From positions 1 to 8,106 of the forward strand of contig NW_021828450.1 of assembly GCF_006345805.1 (NCBI RefSeq): a stretch of DNA of 8,106 nucleotides, given 5' to 3'. Position 1 is the stretch's first letter; each line of letters begins with the position of its first letter. Source of the stretch: Octopus sinensis. Taxonomy: Eukaryota. The notes under the pieces were generated by a model that was given only the letters and a program-made list of their open reading frames with translations, had not been told where the DNA came from and made no database searches. Of the stretch, positions 1 through 6,949 are shown piece by piece. Both the position numbers and the translations under genes were made by a program.

Positions 1-436
1 TATGAACTGTTCAATATTCCTACTGTTAAACTGAATATTGCAGTTAAATTTACTACGCTTAAAAGTTAAATATTTTGTACCTGAATATTGAGATTCTGTG
101 GCTAAACTTCTGGAAACTTAAATACCAAATTATAGATTCTTGGCTTCGAGGCAACAACACGAAAAGAGAATTTACACTAAACGCAAACATGGAGGACAAT
201 TTGGCATTTAGCAAGACACATTTATATATTCACACACACACACACACCGTTTAGAAACATACACAACACATACACGTATACACATATATACATATATATT
301 TATACAAATTTTCATAAGCGTCGTATTTACACAGACAAATCTACTTAGACACACACTCATACACATTCACAAATGCATAGTCAGACACGTGTAGTTAACT
401 ACATTTAACAAGATAAATATCCAGGAACATACTTAT

Positions 437-438
<2 letters not shown>

Positions 439-494
<56 letters not shown>
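439..494. repeat. Perfect (AC)28 microsatellite
   Basis: Uninterrupted AC dinucleotide run, within a degenerate CA-rich region spanning about 225-660. Confidence 0.97.
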
Positions 495-497
<3 letters not shown>

Positions 498-659
498 AGC
501 ACGCATACACACACAAACACCTTGCACACTTAGGCGCTTAAACTTTTTTAGTACGAATGATATATACTCAGACAAGCACATTCACATTCAGTTTCTCTCA
601 TATACACAGACTTACACAAAAATACACCCACGTATATACTCATTGACTAAGCTATATAT

Positions 660-843
660 TCATACACAAACACTCACAAATTCTAACATGTATATACAGG
701 CATACGTACGTAAATACGTACATACATGCATACATACACACATACGCATATACATATATTCATACATACAAACACACACACACAAACGCATACATGTATG
801 AATACGTGTCTTTGTATATGTATTATATATATATACATACATT

Positions 844-878
<35 letters not shown>

Positions 879-898
879 GTATATATATATATATATAG

Positions 899-932
<34 letters not shown>

Positions 933-1130
933 ATATATATATACACATATATATATATATGTACTCTATATGTACATATATTATGTATATATATATGTAC
1001 ATATATATATGTATATATATATGTACATATATATATAGATATATCTATATCTGTATCTATCTATCTATCAGTTGATGTCTATCTATCTACACATATATAA
1101 ACACACACAATTGCACACTCACACATATAT
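660..1130. repeat. Compound (CATA)n/(TA)n/(TATG)n/(TCTA)n microsatellite
   Basis: Directly visible repeat units. ORFs 660-842, 683-946 and 726-1100 (Y/I/H/T/C/V only) are its translations. Confidence 0.93.
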
Positions 1131-1450
1131 ATGATTATTAAAAGATTTACTGAGACACAAACATACACTCATATAAACAGACACCAGTCTCTCCCCCACC
1201 TTTCTCCCCCTCTCTCTCTCTTTCGTTCTCTGATTCACGCGTATACGCATTCACCATATGTCATAATCACACGTAAACACATTTCTACATTTATTGATAT
1301 TTATAAACACAAATTTCATCACATATACATATACACACATGCATTTCCATACATTCACACACCCATTTACACACATTACTATCACGAATGTCATCCCAAT
1401 CCTTTCACGATGCTCTCTCAGAATAATCTACTGACAAATATGTGTATATA
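1131..1450. repeat. Degenerate CA/CT-rich low-complexity sequence
   Basis: Scattered ACAC/ACAT units plus a short (CT)n near 1212-1222; H/T/Y/I-biased translation. Confidence 0.6.
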
Positions 1451-1610
1451 ATATGTGTCTAGAATGCACACATTATATTTTATTATTTCTCTTTTATTTT
1501 ATGCACCGTTCGGAAACCTGGTAGGATAAAAACAAAAGCTGCGGGTAGCTGCTATTTTGGAAGTTATCCCTCGGTTCATGGCTGACGTTTGTGTCAGTGA
1601 GTTCATTGCG

Positions 1611-1735
1611 AAAAAAAAAAAGAAAAGGAAAAAAACACCGAAAAGCAAACAAACAACAACAATAAAATCAACAAATACAAAAACAAATAAAAAAATTACA
1701 AAAATAGGAAAAAAAATTTTTTTCTAAAAAAAATA
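1611..1735 (+). repeat. A-rich tract with (AAAC)/(AAC) units
   Basis: About 125 nt dominated by A runs, starting with an A11 run at 1611. Confidence 0.8.
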
Positions 1736-1822
1736 TCCCTAGAGAAAAACCACAATGAAAAATAAACCTCTCCTCTTTTACAGTTATTGCAACTGTTGAT
1801 GAGATGCAACGTAAAAGAGCCG

Positions 1823-1845
1823 ACATATATGTGTGCAATTATGTT

Positions 1846-1885
<40 letters not shown>

Positions 1886-2345
1886 TATATATATATATAT
1901 ATATACTATATGATTATATATATATATGTATATATACACATAATATATATATACACACACATAGTATATGGTATATATATGTATGTGTATATAATATATA
2001 TATACACATACACACACACACAATATATATATTATATACACAAACATATATACACACAAACATATATATATACATACATATATATATATATATAAAAGCA
2101 TATAAATGTATGAGTATTTGTATATCATATGTACATACATATGTCTTGTATGAATATTAGCATGTGTGTACGCTGATTTTACACATATGTGCCTCTGTGT
2201 ATACATGTATATGCATATACAAATATGCATACATGCATCTATATATATATGCATGTATATATATATATATATATCTATATATATGTATGCATGTATATAT
2301 ATGTATATATATACACACACATATATATATACATATAAATATGTA

Positions 2346-2391
<46 letters not shown>

Positions 2392-2520
2392 TGCATATAT
2401 ACACAAACATATATGTATATGTGTATGTATATATGCATGTATATATGTGTATATACATATATGTATATATATATATATGTATATGCACACACACACACAC
2501 ATACACACACACATATATAT
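1823..2520. repeat. Long compound alternating purine-pyrimidine microsatellite, (TA)n/(CA)n/(TG)n
   Basis: About 700 nt of nearly continuous RY alternation; source of the overlapping ORFs between 1784 and 2613. Confidence 0.95.
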
Positions 2521-2627
2521 TCAATGTCGCTCCCTCCCTATTTCATGTCTGCCTTTTCTTTCTTGAACTTCCACCTCACCTGCCTTCTTTCTAGCGTTAG
2601 GAGTGAAGCATAATTTATCATAATAAA

Positions 2628-2643
2628 TACACACACAAACGCA

Positions 2644-2705
<62 letters not shown>

Positions 2706-2770
2706 AAACACACACACATATCTGTGTATGTATGTATGTATGTATGTATGTACGTATGTACGTATGTATG
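2628..2770. repeat. (CA)n followed by (TATG)n compound microsatellite
   Basis: CA run about 2651-2702, then TATG/TACG tetramers about 2726-2770. Confidence 0.93.
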
Positions 2771-3254
2771 TCCGTAGGTATGCATGTACATATAACCATC
2801 AAGCCGAATACTTTGACTGTGTATTTATTACACATTCAATAAACTGGAGGGTAAAAAGTTGTTGGCTGTTAGAAAAATGTCATAAATGACGGGGAGACAA
2901 CTGTGTAGTATACGCTAAGCAACAGATATAATTCTCCAAATATCTACGCCATTTTATTTGCCGGATTCACGCTTGCAGATTTATTAAAATCATAGTTTAG
3001 TTATTGGTAGCAATGAGAAACATGTTTTGTGCATGCGCTCACACACACATGCACACATGCACCCTCACACATATACTACGGCAAACAAAATATTTATTTA
3101 GAGGTCGAAGCTCTTCCCTTGTTGCAGCTTCATATTACAGCACGTAAAAGTGTTTTATGCACCCTCCCCTCTTATTCCAAAAGTACCTTTGACGTCTTTT
3201 AAAATATTTCATACAAACAAAATTGATGAAGATCAATATTAAATGCGTGAGAGC

Positions 3255-3407
3255 GTGGTAAATTTACAGAAACGGACAAAATGACTCTCAGCATGTGTTA
3301 ACGCCCCTTTAGGTTCTTAGTTCAAAACCGTTGGTGTCAACCGAGCTCATTTCTGTCCCCATCGACCCAAGGTCGTTAAGTTTGGTACCAGTTATTTAGG
3401 GGAATCG
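3255..3407 (+). mobile_element. Highly diverged relic of the same tRNA-derived SINE family as 5655 and 6111
   Basis: Aligns by eye to the 6111 copy: CAGAAACG (3267-3274), B-box region GTTCTTAGTTCAAAACCG versus GTTCTGAGTTCAAATTCCG, then GGTCG and an exact GTACCAGTTA (3385-3394). Confidence 0.7.
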
Positions 3408-3410
3408 CTT

Positions 3411-3587
3411 TATATATAATATAGATATATATATATATATATAATATAGTGGCAGAGTCGGAGTTATAAACGCATATATGCATACAGCCGCCACCCATAT
3501 ACATGTATGTATGTATTATGTATATATATCTCATTATTTTCATAATATATGTATGTTTCTAGATATAACAATATATATATATATATA

Positions 3588-3645
<58 letters not shown>

Positions 3646-3646
3646 A
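3411..3646. repeat. (TA)n-rich compound microsatellite on the 3' side of the RTE fragment
   Basis: TA runs at 3411-3447 and about 3572-3646, with TATG-rich sequence between. Confidence 0.9.
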
Positions 3647-3839
3647 TTGTTGGCATCCTTTCTGTCTCGGGAGACAATGGAGTTGCGCATTTTTTTTTTT
3701 TTTTTTCTACTAGGTCTAGTCCGGCTGTTATATTTTATTTCCTGTTACATTTCTTGCTGTGGCTGTGTAGTCCTATCCTGGACAAACACTCCCTCTGGCA
3801 GGTACTGCAAATGTAGCGAAGACTGTTCCTGGCTGTTCC

Positions 3840-3840
<1 letters not shown>
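3647..3840 (-). mobile_element. 5'-truncated RTE-clade LINE: C-terminal zinc finger, 3' UTR and terminal stem-loop
   Basis: Minus frame 3839-3735 reads [34 protein letters not shown], matching the CxxCxxxCxSRIGLxSH C-terminus of RTE ORFs. The 3' UTR has an A17 run and ends ...GCGCAACTCCATTGTCTCCCGAGACAGAAAGGATGCCAAC, resembling RTE 3' termini as I recall them. Flanked by (TA)n on both sides. Confidence 0.88.
3735..3839 (-). pseudogene. C-terminal 34 codons of an RTE LINE ORF (Cys/His zinc finger)
   Basis: Stop-free frame ending in TAA at 3737-3735, with motif [21 protein letters not shown]. Not in the ORF track. Confidence 0.85.
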
Positions 3841-3874
<34 letters not shown>

Positions 3875-3925
3875 TATAATATATATAATTCCTATATATA
3901 TATATATATATTCCTATATATTCCT

Positions 3926-4021
<96 letters not shown>

Positions 4022-4029
4022 CATATATA
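3841..4029. repeat. (TA)n microsatellite with embedded TTCCT units
   Basis: TA array interrupted by TTCCT at 3889, 3911 and 3921. Confidence 0.95.
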
Positions 4030-5262
4030 TGGACTCTTCCAATTTGGGAATTTTCTTAACTGCTTTTTTTAATCATTTCTGTAGTTATCTATATGTCTTC
4101 TTGGACTTCTATATTTCTTAACCTATCTTAGATCTCATGCATCCACGCTGCTTCATCATTATGCTCTACAGGATGGTCCTAGATCCCCCTCCAGTATGCT
4201 TTGCTTTCCTCTGCATCTGGTATCAGTGTTACATGTATCTGCCCATCTAGTTCCTGTAGCAGTTTCTTCTGATTTGCTTCAAACAATCTGTTTTGCCTGA
4301 ACTGTCTTTTTCTGTTGTCATATCTTTCCAGTTTTGTTTTGATTGCTACTACTCTTTGTTTCAATTCTTTCAATATCACATCATAACCTTTATCACTTAT
4401 TCTATATGTTCTTTCCAACATTATTGTTATGCTTTCGTCCTGCAATTCCCTTCTTCTCAATCTATCAATTCATCCTCAATATTTTTTAAATTTTGTTTCT
4501 CACAAAGTCGTCTACGTTATAGTATGGTCCTTTACTTTCTGTTTGTTCTTTTCTTTTGTATCCAACTCTATCTACTGCAACCATAGCTGTAGCCCAAATA
4601 ATCTTGTTAGTTTCTGTTATATTTCTCGCCTGGAATAGCCCAAGAACCGGATCTATCTTTTCGATTTCAATCTTGAGTTTGCGTCAATCAATTTACCCCA
4701 GGTTAGGGAGTGCTTGATCCTGGTTTTCTCAAATATATCGGCACAGCACCCTTACTATGCATTGATGGTCATCATTGTATTCTTGTGATATAGCTCTTCC
4801 TATTACTTTCTCACTGAGAATGCATTTACATTTACACTTTGCTCTACTTCTTCACTGCCACCTTTCATTTTTCTGTTCTCACTGGACACGTTATCTGTTG
4901 GTGAAGTATTATTTCTACTTTCCCTTTTATCTCTTCTATTTCCGTGTCTGTTAACCACCCCTTTTGCTCTTATTGCTCTTGCCTAGTCGGCTAACCGTTG
5001 TTCATTTGTTTCGAAGAGTCCTATCTCATTCCATTTTGCTTTCATTCGTTCTCGGAATCCCTTTTTGCTGGGTTCACTCCTGATCCAGCATTCAATTACC
5101 GTTCGGTTTGCCTCCTTATATCACCTTCTTCTTTGTCTCTGGCTTTGTGTACAAGCAGTCTCTAGATGATGACCTGGCTCTCTCTGTTCAACCAGGTGAA
5201 AGGCTTTCACCTTTGGTTCCAGCCTCTTTAAAATCATTATTTGATACATTTGTATTAAACAT
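4030..5262 (-). pseudogene. Disrupted R4/Dong ORF N-terminus (nucleic-acid-binding region up to the pre-RT NWKSP motif)
   Basis: Candidate ATG at 5262-5260. In-frame stops include 5190-5188, 5123-5121, 4985-4983 and 4181-4179, with several frameshifts. ORF-track entry 4179-4460 is the longest open piece. The start codon is a guess. Confidence 0.8.
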
Positions 5263-5459
5263 TTTCACTCAACATTGAGGTATGTTTTAAAATTAACCAC
5301 CAACCAGTATTTTTATCGAGACACCTTCTCTAGAAAGATTGTCAACAAGACTGCACAACTCTTACTACCCATAAGTTGGGTCTGTCCCCTTTGCATTTCT
5401 GTGTGTTGGGAACCACGATTCTGATTCTTACCAGGAGACAGGTGAGTGTCTGTTGGTCA

Positions 5460-5460
<1 letters not shown>
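4030..5460 (-). mobile_element. R4/Dong-clade non-LTR retrotransposon, 5' half (5' UTR plus N-terminal ORF), decayed and 3'-truncated
   Basis: Minus-strand translation across stops and frameshifts gives R4/Dong-type blocks: RRR*YKEANRTVIECWIRSEPSKKGFRERMKAKWNEIGLFETNEQRLAD*ARAIR; ALPNL; KIDPVLGLFQARNITETNKIIWATAMV; LKQRVVAIKTKLERYDNRKRQFRQNRLFEANQKKLLQELDG; IPDAEESKAYWRGI*; EHNDEAAWM; [19 protein letters not shown]. The 5' end abuts (TAA)n, the known Dong target repeat. Confidence 0.88.
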
Positions 5461-5515
<55 letters not shown>

Positions 5516-5550
5516 CATCATCATTATCATCATCATCATTATTATTATTA

Positions 5551-5646
<96 letters not shown>

Positions 5647-5653
5647 ATTATTA
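5461..5653. repeat. (TTA)n/(TAA)n trinucleotide array with (TCA) interruptions
   Basis: About 64 triplets, with TCA blocks at 5515-5523 and 5527-5538 and one TTG at 5551. Explains the poly-I, poly-L and poly-Y ORFs. Confidence 0.98.
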
Positions 5654-5654
5654 A

Positions 5655-5867
5655 GGCGGCGAGCTGGTAGAATCGTTAGCACGTCGGGCGAAATGGTTAG
5701 CGGTATTTCGCCCACCGCTACGTTCTGAGTTCAAATTTCGCCGAGGTCAACTTTGCCTTTCATCCTTTCGGGGACGATGAAATAAGGACCAGTTACGCAC
5801 TGGGATAGATGTAATCGAGTAGTCCCCTCCCCACAAATTCCAGACCTTGTGCCCATCCTCGAAAGAA
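5655..5867 (+). mobile_element. tRNA-derived SINE, full length, tail type 1, followed by (ATT)n
   Basis: GGCGGC start; A-box-like TGGTAGAATCG (5665); B-box GAGTTCAAATT (5727); body GCCTTTCATCCTTTCGGGG...CCAGTTACGCACTGGG. Colinear with the 6111 copy over about 165 nt. (ATT)n tail from 5868. Resembles an abundant octopus SINE from memory. Confidence 0.92.
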
Positions 5868-5965
5868 TTATTATTATTGTTATTATTACTATTATTTTTA
5901 TTAGTTGTAGTGGTAGTAGAAGCAGTAGTAGTGTCAATAATTGAGGATGGTGGTGGTGGTGGGGC
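5868..5965. repeat. (ATT)n grading into (GTA)n/(GTG)n
   Basis: Visible trinucleotide units immediately after the SINE tail. Confidence 0.85.
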
Positions 5966-6110
5966 TCATGATACTGGAGTAGTGATGACTACTTGCGGTG
6001 TAATTATAGCGGTTTTAGAGTATATTCACTCTCGATCTAATGGCTTTATACTCTCCTCTCTTTGTAACTGTCGATACTCACGCATGCGCACACGGTATTT
6101 CTACAAATAA

Positions 6111-6347
6111 GGCGGCTTGCTGGCAGAAACGTTAGCACGCCGGGCTAAATGCGTAGCCGTATTTCGTCTGCCGTTACGTTCTGAGTTCAAATTCCGCCGA
6201 GGTCGACTTTGCCTTTTATTCCTTTCGGGGTCGATTAAATAAGTACCAGTTACGCACTGGGGTCGATGTAATCGACTTAATCCCTTTGTCTGTCCTTGTT
6301 TGTCCTCTCTGTGTTTAGCCCCTTGTGGGTAGTAAAGAAATAGGTAT
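6111..6347 (+). mobile_element. tRNA-derived SINE, full length, tail type 2, with target-site duplication
   Basis: A-box-like TGGCAGAAACG (6121); B-box GAGTTCAAATTCC (6184); same body as the 5655 copy; distinct CT-rich tail ending AAAGAAATAGGTAT. Flanked by GGTATTTCTACAAAT (6094-6108) and GGTATCTCTACAAAT (6343-6357). Confidence 0.93.
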
Positions 6348-6359
6348 CTCTACAAATGG

Positions 6360-6400
6360 GTGCCAGTGGGGCAGAAGAGAGTGCCAGTGGGGCAGAAGAG
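6360..6400. repeat. Perfect 20-bp tandem duplication GTGCCAGTGGGGCAGAAGAG
   Basis: Identical copies at 6360-6379 and 6381-6400, separated by one A. Confidence 0.95.
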
Positions 6401-6404
6401 GGGA

Positions 6405-6910
6405 AGTAGTTGTAGTGGTAGTAGGAGTGTTAGAGGGGGAAAATGGTAGTTGTGGTGATGGCGTTGGTAGAAGTGAAAGTGATGGTGACAATAGTGATAT
6501 AAAAGTGATGGTGATGATGAAGGTGGTAGAGGTGGGAGTCGTTCTGATAGTGGAAACAGTAGTGGTGATAATGATGGTAGTGGTAGTGATGATAGTTGAA
6601 GCGGTGGCGATGTTTTTGGTGGCATTTGTGATGGTAGTGGTGGTGGTGGCAATAGCAGTGGAGGTTGTGATAGTGATGATGGTGCTTATGGAGGTGGGTA
6701 GTGGTGATAATGATGATGATGCTGCTGCTGCTGTTGATGATGATGAGGATGGTGATGTTAACTATGATGATGACGACGACGACGATGATGATGGGGACAA
6801 CGACGACGGCAATAACGGCGTTGATCATGATGATGGTGATGATGATGATGATGATGATGACGACGATGATGATATTGATAATGGTGATGATTATGATGAT
6901 GGCGATGGTG
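6405..6910. repeat. Degenerate trinucleotide tract, GTA/GTG grading to GAT/GAC
   Basis: Mostly phase-conserved triplets giving poly-V/M then poly-D on +, and poly-H/I/P on -. Confidence 0.9.
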
Positions 6911-6949
6911 TTTATTGGCAAAGGAGGTAAATGTTTAAAGAAATTAGTA

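Noticed and set aside
63-255. Stop-free frame of about 64 codons (…DSWLRGNNTKREFTLNANMEDNLAF…)
   Set aside because: No initiating ATG, no clear splice sites, no recognisable motif, and it ends in CA repeats.
1578-1610. A-box-like and B-box-like words TGGCTGACG and GAGTTCA
   Set aside because: The spacing of about 22 nt is too short for a tRNA-type promoter and there is no cloverleaf.
660-2835. Long ORFs of 60-246 aa (Y/I/H/T/C/V-rich)
   Set aside because: They are translations of (TA)/(CA)/(TG) repeats, which lack stop codons in several frames. They overlap on both strands and show no domain-like sequence.
2891-2906. GGGGAGACAACTGTGT matches 7720-7735 at 15 of 16 positions, and GGGAGACAA also occurs at 3669
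   Set aside because: The flanks do not align convincingly, and a match of this length is within rough chance expectation for an 8-kb self-comparison.
2800-3250. Homeodomain-like (TTTATT, CATAAA) and CRE-like (TGACGTCT) motifs in unique sequence
   Set aside because: Short motifs are expected by chance in AT-rich DNA; there is no enhancer evidence without conservation or chromatin data.
3647-3868. Plus-strand 73-aa ORF
   Set aside because: Antisense to the RTE fragment; the meaningful frame is on the minus strand.
4293-4638. Plus-strand ORFs 4293-4586 and 4429-4638
   Set aside because: Antisense shadows of the A-rich Dong coding strand, F/S/L-biased with no motif.
5342-5670. Poly-I, poly-L and poly-Y ORFs
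   Set aside because: Direct translations of the (TTA)n array.
5655-5745. SINE heads as true tRNA genes
   Set aside because: The T-stem and acceptor stem do not pair, and both copies continue into a shared SINE body.
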